39,853 nucleotides of DNA from Chitinophaga pinensis (lineage in GTDB: Bacteria; Bacteroidota; Bacteroidia; Chitinophagales; Chitinophagaceae): the NCBI GenBank assembly GCA_943327275.2, contig CALPWM020000001.1, forward strand, positions 1-39,853, written 5' to 3'. Below are positions 20,489 through 29,903 of this stretch, one piece after another. Both the position numbers and the translations under genes were made by a program. How positions within the stretch are numbered: the first letter of the stretch is position 1; each line of letters begins with the position of its first letter. The notes under the pieces are model-generated. The model searched no databases. It saw only the letters and a list, made by a program, of their open reading frames with translations, and was not told the DNA's origin.

Positions 20489-22168
20489 TCACTTGTTCAT
20501 TGTCGCCAAAAACTCGTGGTTGTCACGCGTTCCCTTCATTTGTTTGAGCAACAAATTCATGGCTTCTTCACTGTTCATGTCTGCTATATGGTTACGAAGA
20601 ATCCACATTCTTTGCAGCACATCTTTATCAAGCAACAAGTCTTCGCGCCTTGTAGATGATGCAGTAAGGTCGATGGCGGGGAACATGCGCTTGTTGGCAA
20701 GACGTCTATCCAATGCCAATTCCATGTTACCGGTTCCCTTGAACTCTTCGAAAATAACCTCATCCATTTTGCTTCCAGTGTCAATCAGTGCTGTAGCCAG
20801 GATGGTCAAAGATCCACCGTTTTCTACTTTTCTTGCTGCACCAAAAAACTGTTTAGGTTTTTGCATAGCATTTGCTTCTACACCACCAGACAACACTTTA
20901 CCCGATGAAGGCGCAACGGTATTGTGTGCCCTTGCCAGCCTTGTGATTGAGTCTAACAATATAACAACATCATGGCCACACTCAACCAATCTTTTTGCTT
21001 TTTGTAGTGCCATTGCAGACACTTTCACGTGTTTTTCGGCGGGTTCATCAAAGGTAGAGGCCAAAACTTCTGCCCGGACACTTCTCTCCATATCAGTAAC
21101 CTCTTCCGGACGTTCATCAATCAAAACCACCATCAAATAACATTCAGGATGGTTTGTTGCAATTGCGTTTGCTACTTCTTTCAGCAACATTGTTTTACCA
21201 ACCTTGGGTTGTGCAACAATCAAACCCCTTTGTCCTTTTCCCAAAGGAGTAAACAAGTCCATCATTCTTGTGGAATAATTATCTTGTTTGGTATAAAGAT
21301 TGAATTTTTCAAAAGGAAACAATGGTGTCAGGTAATCAAATGGCACCCTGTCGCGCACTTCATCCGGCAAACGACCGTTGACGGTATCTACCTTATATAA
21401 GGCAAAATACTTTTCACCCTCTTTTGGAGGTCGAACACTTCCGCTAATGGTATCTCCAGTTTTTATCCCAAATAGTTTTATTTGCGACGGAGACACATAC
21501 ACATCATCTGGTGATGAAAGATAATTATAATCACTGCTCCTCAAAAACCCATATCCGTCAGGCATCATTTCTAATACTCCCTCTCCAGCAATTGCACCGT
21601 CAAATTCAACATTGAACACGGGCTCTTTCTTGATAAATAGTTGCTTTGTGGGTACCTCATCCTGGGGTATCACATTTTCTGGTGACTGCGGTTCTTCTTC
21701 ATTGCTGTTTTCAGCAGAAGCAACTGTCTGTTGTACTTCCTGTGTAACTACCGATTGTGCCGGTATTGGTTTTATTTTTTTAATCGGTTGTTTTATTTCT
21801 TTTGACACCGGCGCTATTTCTTCAACAACAGGAACTATAGGGTTTGCAGGAGGCCTTCCTCTTTTTGCTACTTTTTTCTCCAACTTTGGTGTTTCCGATA
21901 TTTCAAGCGCCTCAGGGCTGGCGTCTTCGCTTTCAACAATAGCTTCTTCAGTACTATTTGAAGTTGTTGTTTTTACAATTCTTTTTTTCTTGATGACACC
22001 ATCCTTTGTTTCAGTTTTTGTACTGCTATTTAGGATTGCTTGTTTGTCTAAAATTTTATAGATTAAATCCTGTTTTTCCAGCTTTTTTACTCCTGTAATT
22101 TTAAGTTGTTCTGCTATATCGAGCAGTTCTGGAACAAGCATGTCGTTCAGCTGAAGAATGTCGTACAT
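20489..22168 (-). CDS. rho: Transcription termination factor Rho with N-terminal low-complexity insertion
   Basis: Start reassigned to MYDILQL (ATG at 22168); [64 protein letters not shown]. Confidence 0.98.
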   Translation of the reverse strand: MYDILQLNDMLVPELLDIAEQLKITGVKKLEKQDLIYKILDKQAILNSSTKTETKDGVIKKKRIVKTTTSNSTEEAIVESEDASPEALEISETPKLEKKVAKRGRPPANPIVPVVEEIAPVSKEIKQPIKKIKPIPAQSVVTQEVQQTVASAENSNEEEPQSPENVIPQDEVPTKQLFIKKEPVFNVEFDGAIAGEGVLEMMPDGYGFLRSSDYNYLSSPDDVYVSPSQIKLFGIKTGDTISGSVRPPKEGEKYFALYKVDTVNGRLPDEVRDRVPFDYLTPLFPFEKFNLYTKQDNYSTRMMDLFTPLGKGQRGLIVAQPKVGKTMLLKEVANAIATNHPECYLMVVLIDERPEEVTDMERSVRAEVLASTFDEPAEKHVKVSAMALQKAKRLVECGHDVVILLDSITRLARAHNTVAPSSGKVLSGGVEANAMQKPKQFFGAARKVENGGSLTILATALIDTGSKMDEVIFEEFKGTGNMELALDRRLANKRMFPAIDLTASSTRREDLLLDKDVLQRMWILRNHIADMNSEEAMNLLLKQMKGTRDNHEFLATMNK

Positions 22169-22391
22169 AAATATTATTTGTGAAATAGACCCCTTGGGGA
22201 ATTTGACGAGATAATGATGATGATTGTGAAGTGAAAACGATGTATGGGGCGATGTTTTCCTTATTAAGGCCCATGTTTCCGAGCACAATATTAACGTATT
22301 TTCAAATTTAAAAAAAATTATTACCCAACTTATCCCCGAAGGCCTGTCCTTGCTACCTCCTATTTATTACCTTTGCACCAAGAAAAAACAT

Positions 22392-23828
22392 ATGTTTAAC
22401 AAGAGAATCAAGATAAAAGAACTTCTGCTCCAGCCTGCTGGTCAGAAAGATATTGTTGTGATGGGTTGGGTCCGTACTTTCAGGAACAATCAATTTATTG
22501 CCCTTAACGATGGCTCAACCAATACCAACATTCAGGTTGTTGCACCCCTTGGCCAGTTTGATGATGAGCTTTTAAAACGAATTACCACAAGTGCATCCTT
22601 AAAAATCACCGGAGAACTCGTTTCATCACAGGGCAAGGGACAATCGGTTGAACTTGTTGCCCATACAATTGAAGTTTTAGGTGAATCTGACGCAGAAAAA
22701 TACCCGCTTCAACCTAAAAAACACAGCCTTGAATTCTTGCGCGAGATAGCCCACCTTAGGTTTAGAACCAACACATTTGGATCCGTTTTCAGGGTAAGAC
22801 ATGCATTGGCCTTTGCTATTCATCAGTTCTTCCACGAAAAGGGATTCCTTTATATGCATACACCAATTGTTACGGCGAGCGACGCCGAAGGTGCCGGTGA
22901 GATGTTTCGGGTAACCACACTGCCTTTTGACAACCCGCCTCGTGATGAAAATGGTGCGATAGACTTCAAGGAAGACTTTTTCGGGCGCAGCACAAACCTC
23001 ACTGTCAGTGGTCAACTAGAAGGAGAGCTTGGTGCTACTGCTTTTGGTGAAATTTATACTTTCGGGCCTACTTTCAGGGCTGAAAATTCGAATACGACAA
23101 GACACCTTGCTGAATTTTGGATGATTGAACCCGAAATGGCTTTTTCTGATCTGGAGGACAACATGAACCTTGCCGAATCCTTCATCAAGTATATCATCGG
23201 TTTTGTAATGCAACACAACATGGAAGACCTTACCTTCCTTGATCAACGGCTTGCAGAAGAAGAAAAACAACTCCCTGCAGACAAGCGCAGTGAAATGGGA
23301 TTGATTGATAAGTTAAGGTTTGTCCTCGATAACGATTTTGAGCGCATTACTTATACAGAAGCCATTGATATTCTTTTGAACTCCCCCGCATATAAGAAAA
23401 AGAAATTCCAGTATGAGGTTAAGTGGGGTATTGATATGCAAAGTGAACACGAAAGATACCTGGTTGAAAAACACTTTAAAAAACCTGTTATTGTTACCAA
23501 CTATCCTAAAGACATTAAAGCCTTTTACATGCGCCAAAATGATGACGGCAAAACAGTTGCCGCCATGGACATTTTGGCTCCAGGTATTGGTGAAATTGTT
23601 GGTGGTTCCCAAAGGGAAGAACGGCTTGCATTGTTAACGGCGCGCATGAAGGATATGCATATTGCTGAAGAAGAGCTTTGGTGGTATTTAGATACGAGAA
23701 GATTTGGAACAGTTCCTCACGCAGGATTTGGTCTTGGTTTTGAAAGAATGGTATTGTTTGTTACTGGTATGACCAACATCCGTGATGTGATCGCTTTCCC
23801 TCGCACACCTAAGAGTGCTGAATTTTAG
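22392..23828 (+). CDS. asnS: Asparagine--tRNA ligase
   Basis: [57 protein letters not shown]. Start MFNKRI at 22392, with TACCTTTG at 22368-22375. Confidence 0.98.
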   Translation: MFNKRIKIKELLLQPAGQKDIVVMGWVRTFRNNQFIALNDGSTNTNIQVVAPLGQFDDELLKRITTSASLKITGELVSSQGKGQSVELVAHTIEVLGESDAEKYPLQPKKHSLEFLREIAHLRFRTNTFGSVFRVRHALAFAIHQFFHEKGFLYMHTPIVTASDAEGAGEMFRVTTLPFDNPPRDENGAIDFKEDFFGRSTNLTVSGQLEGELGATAFGEIYTFGPTFRAENSNTTRHLAEFWMIEPEMAFSDLEDNMNLAESFIKYIIGFVMQHNMEDLTFLDQRLAEEEKQLPADKRSEMGLIDKLRFVLDNDFERITYTEAIDILLNSPAYKKKKFQYEVKWGIDMQSEHERYLVEKHFKKPVIVTNYPKDIKAFYMRQNDDGKTVAAMDILAPGIGEIVGGSQREERLALLTARMKDMHIAEEELWWYLDTRRFGTVPHAGFGLGFERMVLFVTGMTNIRDVIAFPRTPKSAEF

Positions 23829-24672
23829 CCATTACAGGTTCTTTTATTTTTCGATGAATACACATAATTGGTATATGTGTTTCATGTATCAACTCACGGG
23901 TAATGCTTTTCTCAAAAAACCGCTCAAGTATACTGTGTTTTTTGGGTAATGTTATTAAGAGATCCAGATTGTTTTTTTCAGCAAAGTCACTTAAGCCCTC
24001 ATCAATATCCTTGTTTTCTATAAAATCATACAGTGGATTCATCCCTGCAAGCAAACTGTCCATGTTCAATGTTTCTAACGGTGTGCTTGAGGTAAAATGT
24101 TTACGGTGATAATCAACATTTAATACATGCAGCTCTGCATTAAAGAAATGTACCAATTCTCTGATTTTATCTAAAGGAGTATTATCAACAACGGCTCTTA
24201 GGTCTGTAGCTAACCCCAATTTCTTAATTGGTTTAAAGCGTACACCGGGGGGTATAACAAATACGGGTACCCCGACTTTTGAAATTACTGATATGGAATT
24301 GCTTCCCATAAAAAACCTGCCGACTCCTGTCGTTCCCCTTGTTCCCATAATTATTGCAAACGGAGCCAATGTATCTGTAAGTTTTGTGATTTCTTCCCCC
24401 ACTTCTCCCAACCGGCTTTCTGTGTAGATTTTAAGTTTATTTGCTGTTATTGTTTCTATGTTATGTTTTAATTCAGCCAGTTTATCTTCACTTATTTTTC
24501 TAATTTCATCCATTGAAATTGTTACCAGTGGCACTTCTGAAAAACTTATCGGTAATTGATAAACATTGACCAACATTAGACTGGTGCCCATGGCTATCGC
24601 CATGTCTGTTGCGTAATTGATTGCGTTATCTGATATTGGCGAAAAATCTGTTGGAGCAATAATTAGTTTCAT
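23809..24672 (-). CDS. Universal stress protein (tandem USP domains)
   Basis: [18 protein letters not shown]...MGSNS, VPVFVIP, and a second domain starting LATD; start reassigned to 24672. Confidence 0.92.
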   Translation of the reverse strand: MKLIIAPTDFSPISDNAINYATDMAIAMGTSLMLVNVYQLPISFSEVPLVTISMDEIRKISEDKLAELKHNIETITANKLKIYTESRLGEVGEEITKLTDTLAPFAIIMGTRGTTGVGRFFMGSNSISVISKVGVPVFVIPPGVRFKPIKKLGLATDLRAVVDNTPLDKIRELVHFFNAELHVLNVDYHRKHFTSSTPLETLNMDSLLAGMNPLYDFIENKDIDEGLSDFAEKNNLDLLITLPKKHSILERFFEKSITRELIHETHIPIMCIHRKIKEPVMAKIQHS

Positions 24673-24735
24673 CTTAAGTTTTTTCAAACTTATCTTCCTT
24701 TTCAGCTCCAATGTATGACCTCAATATTTCTTAAT

Positions 24736-24751
24736 AATGATTCAAATCATT
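24736..24751. promoter_or_regulatory. FNR/CRP-family-like palindrome upstream of the usp gene
   Basis: AATGAT-TCAA-ATCATT (TGAT-N4-ATCA core), 20 nt before a minus-strand TACATTGG -7-like element (24715-24708). Confidence 0.5.
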
Positions 24752-25772
24752 TACCTATCAGAAAATTGGTAATTCTTCTGCTTACATCATTCCTAACATC
24801 AACATAAAACAAATTGATATCACCAGCATGATAATTCTTGTTCCTATATAAAAAAGAACCAGGAAATTTTGGATGTGAAACCCATAGTGCGCTTCCCTCT
24901 GCCTGAGCATTTTGTGTATGTGCGTATACTTTATTTAAATTGTATAAAACAGCACCTTTTTGCAAAGACTTGTCAGCAATTTCACTGGTTGTTTTCCAAG
25001 TAACGGGATTCACCACCACAATGCTTGTGTCAAGTCGGTTTGCCCACTCACCTTCATAATCTTTCCTGTATGTGCGCCAACTAACATAGCATCCAGTTTT
25101 TGTGCTGTCCGTACAAATGGGTATTTTTTCATAGCTATCTTTCCTTACTGCCATTCCTATTAGATATGCACAGACCAAACGATTTGACAGTTCTTTGCCA
25201 TCAAAGAACTCTTTCAATAACCTTGTTGCGTGTGTTGTTCCCTGGCTGTGAGAAGCTATGATAATTGGCCTACCGTTGTTTTCATTTTTTAGATAGTACA
25301 AAAATGCATTTTTAACATCTTCATATGCTAGATTAAATGCTGCATATTTCGACGCGCTATCCTTCTCACTATACATACCAATATGTGCCTGCCTATATCT
25401 TGGAGCAAAAACCCTTGCGTTTTCATTGAAGGCTGAAGCCTGGTAAATGATGGGTGAATAATCGGTTTTGTAATTGATGTAAGGGTCATCAATTTTGGCG
25501 TTACTGATACCGATTTCTCTTGGCCCGACCAGTGTTGTAGGGTGTAGAAAAAACACATCCGCTCTTTTTTCCTTTTCATTTTTCTTCAATGGATATGGAA
25601 TTGTGTCTGACGGATCGTTTTTTCCTGGATGTGCTGCCCAGTATTCTATTCTACTATAATCGGGTACCCCGGTTTCGCTCTTGAAAGCGTCGCCTCCCGT
25701 ATAAGATACAATTTTCGGGGAGCACGAGGAAACAACTACAACAAGCAACAGGATACTATATAACCTACTCAT
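24747..25772 (-). CDS. DUF3089 family alpha/beta-hydrolase lipoprotein
   Basis: Lipobox VVVSSC; DVFFLHPT, FAPRYRQA, nucleophile elbow ASHSQG, VNPVTW, YHAGD. Confidence 0.85.
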   Translation of the reverse strand: MSRLYSILLLVVVVSSCSPKIVSYTGGDAFKSETGVPDYSRIEYWAAHPGKNDPSDTIPYPLKKNEKEKRADVFFLHPTTLVGPREIGISNAKIDDPYINYKTDYSPIIYQASAFNENARVFAPRYRQAHIGMYSEKDSASKYAAFNLAYEDVKNAFLYYLKNENNGRPIIIASHSQGTTHATRLLKEFFDGKELSNRLVCAYLIGMAVRKDSYEKIPICTDSTKTGCYVSWRTYRKDYEGEWANRLDTSIVVVNPVTWKTTSEIADKSLQKGAVLYNLNKVYAHTQNAQAEGSALWVSHPKFPGSFLYRNKNYHAGDINLFYVDVRNDVSRRITNFLIGK

Positions 25773-25833
25773 CTAATTTCTATTTATAAATCAAAATTAT
25801 GTTTGTTATTTTTACCTAACAATCTTTTTTACC

Positions 25834-26778
25834 ATGAACATACCAGTAGTTGATCTTAATGTTTTTATAAACGGAACAGACGAAGAAAAAGTTCATTTTG
25901 CAGCCACTCTAGGTAAAGCTTTTGAGGAGGTGGGTTTTGTCTCAGTTAAAAATCATGGTATTCCTGTAACCCTTATCAATAATCTTTACGCGACTGTAAA
26001 GCAGTTTTTTGGCCTTCCAGAATCAGAAAAAAGATCTTATGAGATTCCGGGTCTCGCTGGCCAGCGCGGTTATACCTCCTTTGGAAAGGAACACGCCAAG
26101 GGTAGTGACGCTCCAGACCTCAAAGAATTTTTCCAATATGGTCAGATTATTGAAGAGGGGGTAGTTTCTCCTGAACCCTACCCCGAAAACGTAAAAGTAA
26201 TTTTTCCAGAGGATTTTAATTCTCTTTTTCATCAGGCATATAGAGCCTTTGAGGTTTCTGGTGCCGCCCTGCTTTCGGCAATAGCCATACATCTTCAGTT
26301 AGGAGAATCCTATTTTGATGAACATATACATCTGGGTAACAGCATTCTCAGGGCGATTCACTATCCACCAATTTTGCATGAGCCTAAATCTGCCATACGT
26401 GCAGAACAGCATGAAGATATCAACCTAATTACACTTTTGGTTGGAGCCTCTGCAGACGGTCTTGAAATTCTTAGTAAAGAAGGTGAATGGCTCCCCGTAA
26501 AAGCTGGTCCTGACGAAATTGTGGTTAATGTTGGAGACATGCTACAACGGCTCACCAATGACAGACTAAAAAGTACCACACACAGGGTTGTTAATCCTCC
26601 GAGAGAAATGTGGCACAGTTCCCGCTTTTCTATTCCCTTTTTCTTACACCCTCGCAGCAATATGTCACTTGCCTGTTTGTCATCTTGTGTATCCGATGCC
26701 TACCCCAAGCTATATGAAGATTATACAGCAGGTTATTATCTTGATGAGCGGCTTAGGGAAATTGGTTTAAAAAAATAA
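25834..26778 (+). CDS. Isopenicillin N synthase family 2OG-Fe(II) oxygenase
   Basis: IPVVDL, GFVSVKNHGI, HxD motif HEDIN, NVGDML, distal His in THRV, RFS. Confidence 0.92.
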   Translation: MNIPVVDLNVFINGTDEEKVHFAATLGKAFEEVGFVSVKNHGIPVTLINNLYATVKQFFGLPESEKRSYEIPGLAGQRGYTSFGKEHAKGSDAPDLKEFFQYGQIIEEGVVSPEPYPENVKVIFPEDFNSLFHQAYRAFEVSGAALLSAIAIHLQLGESYFDEHIHLGNSILRAIHYPPILHEPKSAIRAEQHEDINLITLLVGASADGLEILSKEGEWLPVKAGPDEIVVNVGDMLQRLTNDRLKSTTHRVVNPPREMWHSSRFSIPFFLHPRSNMSLACLSSCVSDAYPKLYEDYTAGYYLDERLREIGLKK

Positions 26779-26781
26779 TGT

Positions 26782-28026
26782 TTGCCAATTCTAAAACATC
26801 TTCCATTCTTTCGTACAGTTTTACTGTATAGCTTATCAGCCTTTGGTGGCCCACAGGGACAATTTGGCATGATGATCAAATCCTTTGTTGAAAAGCACCC
26901 ATACATTACACTCAAGGATCTTGTCAACATTAACGCTTTTTGCCAGTTGATGCCTGGTGCAACTGTTACACAAACTGTTTCACTTATTGGGTATCGCCAG
27001 GGAGGGGTTTTGGTAGCAATGATAACTTTGTTGATCTGGACCACGCCAGCAGTTCTTTTTATGTCGGCCCTTTCTTTTGTGTTATCGAGTAACAATATTT
27101 CAACTCTTCAACACTTCCGTTTCCTCCAACCCATGGCTTTAGGCTTTCTTGCTTTTGCTTCAATCAAAACATATACAACGATTGACACCAAACTACAATG
27201 GTTCATTGTTTTTGTTTCAGCAATTATAACCTATTTACTATTCAAATCGCCCTGGGTTTTTCCTATTGTTCTAATTTGTGGCGGGATCATTGGTTTTACA
27301 TCAAAGCCTATAGCCACCATTCATCAGGCTGTTGCCAAGCGTTTACGCTTTTTTCCTATTCTTCTTTTCGCCTCTCTTTTTTTATTGGCCGGTTTTTTTT
27401 CAGAGACAGCTCGTAAACAATCATGGGAAAACAGAACTCCCTTCAATGTTTTTGAAAACATGTACCGATTCGGTAGTATTGTATTTGGCGGAGCAGATGT
27501 TCTCATACCCGTTATGTACAACCAATATGTTGTTAGGCCCGAAACAGAAAGAATTAAAAGAACAAATAAAGATGCTATCAGCATTGATCGTGATGTTTTT
27601 TTATCTGCCTCGGGAGTAGTTCGTGCGTTACCTGGCCCTGCTTTTTCAATCAGTGCATTTATTGGCGGAATGGCAATGAGCGATAGGGGATGGGGATATC
27701 AACTGCTGGGCTGTTTTCTTGCTGCAACAGGAATTTTTCTTCCCACATTTTTATTGGTTATTTTCTTTTATCCGTTTTGGGAAAACGTCCAGCAATACGG
27801 CCGGGTTCAAAATATCATGACCGGTGTAAACGCCGCTGTTGTAGGTATCATGACCGCAAGCATTATTTATCTTTTTAAGGATACCGCAATTGCTTTTGTT
27901 GATAAGCCCCTGCATGATACTATCCTTTTCTTCTCAGTTTTTTGTACAACTTTTTTCTTGCTTTATCACACGAAAATTGCTGCACCATTGATTGCTGTAG
28001 GTTGTCTGTTGTTGGGCTTTCTTTAA
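26782..28026 (+). CDS. chrA: Chromate ion transporter (CHR family, long-chain)
   Basis: Two CHR repeats: AFGGP...CQLMPGA and VFGG...LPGPAF...IFLP; TTG start. Confidence 0.88.
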   Translation: MPILKHLPFFRTVLLYSLSAFGGPQGQFGMMIKSFVEKHPYITLKDLVNINAFCQLMPGATVTQTVSLIGYRQGGVLVAMITLLIWTTPAVLFMSALSFVLSSNNISTLQHFRFLQPMALGFLAFASIKTYTTIDTKLQWFIVFVSAIITYLLFKSPWVFPIVLICGGIIGFTSKPIATIHQAVAKRLRFFPILLFASLFLLAGFFSETARKQSWENRTPFNVFENMYRFGSIVFGGADVLIPVMYNQYVVRPETERIKRTNKDAISIDRDVFLSASGVVRALPGPAFSISAFIGGMAMSDRGWGYQLLGCFLAATGIFLPTFLLVIFFYPFWENVQQYGRVQNIMTGVNAAVVGIMTASIIYLFKDTAIAFVDKPLHDTILFFSVFCTTFFLLYHTKIAAPLIAVGCLLLGFL

Positions 28027-28032
28027 TAATAC

Positions 28033-28602
28033 CTATTTGTAATATCCGCTTTTCAGGATTTCTTCGTTTACTGTATCTGGAACCATGTAGCGGATAGACT
28101 TACCTGATGCGACCAATTTTCTGATGGTGGTAGACGAGATGTCTAACATCGGCGCATTGAGAATGGTTGCTTTCTTTTCATCACCTTCAGCAATCAAAAA
28201 ACCGGGTCTTTGGTAAACGAGGATTGGGTATCTTTTTTGAAGCACATCTCCGCTTTTCCATTTCGCAAGATTTTGATAACTGTCAGATCCCATGATTACA
28301 CTGAAACTATTTTCAGGATATTTTTCCTCTAGATAAGTGAGTGTGTCAATTGTATAAGATGGCCTTGGAAGAGAGAACTCAATGTCTGATGCCTTTAGTT
28401 TTGTTTCCCCCTCAATAGCTTGTTGCACCAAGTGAAGTCGGTGATACTCATTCAATAAAGCCCCACTTTGTTTGAATGGATTTTGTGGACTTACCACAAA
28501 CCAAATTTGATCGAGCGATGTATTTTGTAAAATATGGGTAGCGATGATCAAATGACCATTGTGAATCGGATTAAAAGAACCAAAATACAGCCCAATTTTC
28601 AT
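28033..28602 (-). CDS. nadD: Nicotinate-nucleotide adenylyltransferase
   Basis: MKIGLYFGSFNPIHNGH, SPQNPFK, PSYTIDTL, IMGSD, ISSTTIR. Confidence 0.96.
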   Translation of the reverse strand: MKIGLYFGSFNPIHNGHLIIATHILQNTSLDQIWFVVSPQNPFKQSGALLNEYHRLHLVQQAIEGETKLKASDIEFSLPRPSYTIDTLTYLEEKYPENSFSVIMGSDSYQNLAKWKSGDVLQKRYPILVYQRPGFLIAEGDEKKATILNAPMLDISSTTIRKLVASGKSIRYMVPDTVNEEILKSGYYK

Positions 28603-28623
28603 AAACAAATGAAAATCAATTAA

Positions 28624-28857
28624 TTATGATTGTTTTACCTCTACCATTATGGTATCTGCCTCGCTGATGCGCAAGCTTACCTGGTACCCGGCCACCATTA
28701 CTGAAATAGGATCTCCCAATGGCGCTATTTGTTCTACAGTAACTTCTTCTCCAGGAAGAAATCCCATTTCCATTAGCTTCAATACCAGTTCCTCATCTTC
28801 AAGAGAACAAATGATTGCTTTGTGTCCGACCGCTAGTGCTGAAAGTTTTTTCTGCAT
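28624..28857 (-). CDS. feoA: Ferrous iron transport protein A (SH3-like)
   Basis: KLMEMGFLPG, APLGDPI, SLRISEA; start reassigned to MQKKL (28857), with TAGCTTTG -7 element upstream. Confidence 0.92.
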   Translation of the reverse strand: MQKKLSALAVGHKAIICSLEDEELVLKLMEMGFLPGEEVTVEQIAPLGDPISVMVAGYQVSLRISEADTIMVEVKQS

Positions 28858-28923
28858 GTTCAATTCTACGAGGTGCAAAGCTACTTCCCTTCGGTGGATT
28901 TCTTGTACTTTTATTCTCTTTCT

Positions 28924-29355
28924 ATGAACGATATACATCTCTTTTGCCTGAAGCCTGTGCATGTGCTGAAACAGCGAAACCGCCTTAAATCATTTTTGGC
29001 CAGCACCGCCCATGCCTCAAGACGACCATTGGGCTCGCTCAATATTATTTTTTGTGACGATGATCATTTGCTCGGGATCAACCGCGATTTCCTGCAGCAC
29101 GATTATTATACAGATATCATCACTTTTGATCTTTCTCCCTCCAGCAAGGCGCCTCTTGAAGCAGAGTTGTACATCAGTGTTGAACGGGTAAAAGAAAATG
29201 CAGCATCCTTGGGTCAGCCTTTTTACAGAGAGCTTCATCGTGTTATATTCCATGGGCTCCTCCATTTACTCGGGTACAAAGACAAGCAGAAAAAGGACCA
29301 GGCTTTGATGAGGCAGATGGAGGAGAAGCTTTTGGGTGAATATTTTGGTCTGTAG
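28924..29355 (+). CDS. ybeY: rRNA maturation RNase YbeY
   Basis: TDIITF, ELYIS, HGLLHLLGY metal-binding motif; start MNDIH at 28924. Confidence 0.95.
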   Translation: MNDIHLFCLKPVHVLKQRNRLKSFLASTAHASRRPLGSLNIIFCDDDHLLGINRDFLQHDYYTDIITFDLSPSSKAPLEAELYISVERVKENAASLGQPFYRELHRVIFHGLLHLLGYKDKQKKDQALMRQMEEKLLGEYFGL

Positions 29356-29463
29356 GGCAGTTCAAGGTTTTGGGATTGATAAAACTGGACAGGAGGAGTG
29401 TTAAGTGCTACTGCCTGAAGCTCATAACCAGAACAGATGTAATCTTCTCCCCAAACACCCACA

Positions 29464-29479
29464 TGTTCCACGTGGAACA
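29464..29479. other. parS centromere site 1
   Basis: Perfect palindrome TGTTCCACGTGGAACA matching the bacterial parS consensus TGTTNCACGTGAAACA. Confidence 0.9.
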
Positions 29480-29610
29480 TTCACTTCAATTAGTCTTATC
29501 GGGGGAGCTGTCTGGGTTTTCTAATCCATTGTTGGTGGTCAATCTCTCGACCATATCTGAATTCCACAGCACTTAATTAATTGTTGTCATCTTCTGGCCC
29601 AATGCCCACA

Positions 29611-29626
29611 TGTTCCACGTGGAACA
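29611..29626. other. parS centromere site 2
   Basis: Perfect TGTTCCACGTGGAACA. Confidence 0.9.
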
Positions 29627-29693
29627 TTTAATATTGACTGATTGAGTTATTGCTCCCCCCTCCGAAGAAACCTTTAATCGTTTTTAAGGCCAA

Positions 29694-29709
29694 AGCTCCA
29701 CGAGGAACA
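29694..29709. other. Degenerate parS-like site
   Basis: AGCTCCACGAGGAACA, 13/16 identical to the flanking perfect sites. Confidence 0.5.
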
Positions 29710-29800
29710 CTGGTTTTGATTGTTCTGTAATTCTCTAGAGCTTTATTATCAACTGCTTCACCAACCACTTTATGAATGTTGTTTGAATATTAGCAGCTAT

Positions 29801-29840
29801 AACTCCCCTCCAACCCTTGGTTGGAGAGGAGTTGTTTTAT
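29801..29840 (+). terminator. Strong hairpin, terminator-like or REP-like, inside the parS cluster
   Basis: AACTCCCCTCCAACC-CTT-GGTTGGAGAGGAGTT: 15-bp stem with 1 mismatch, followed by GTTTTAT. Confidence 0.5.
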
Positions 29841-29887
29841 CCCGCCGTAACGGAAGAGCTCTTGATCTTGTGCCATAAATGGCCAGA

Positions 29888-29903
29888 TGTTCCACGTGGA
29901 ACA
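29888..29903. other. parS centromere site 3
   Basis: Perfect TGTTCCACGTGGAACA. Confidence 0.9.

Noticed and set aside
18784-21140. Long antisense ORFs (231 aa opposite selD, 215 aa opposite rho; likewise 6040..6555, 7266..7736, 14596..15075, 33606..34232)
   Set aside because: Shadow frames of well-supported genes with no recognisable motifs.
23809-23828. 20-bp convergent overlap of asnS and usp (also kdsB/DUF2480 and abutting HAD/feoB)
   Set aside because: Ordinary tight packing; both proteins appear complete.
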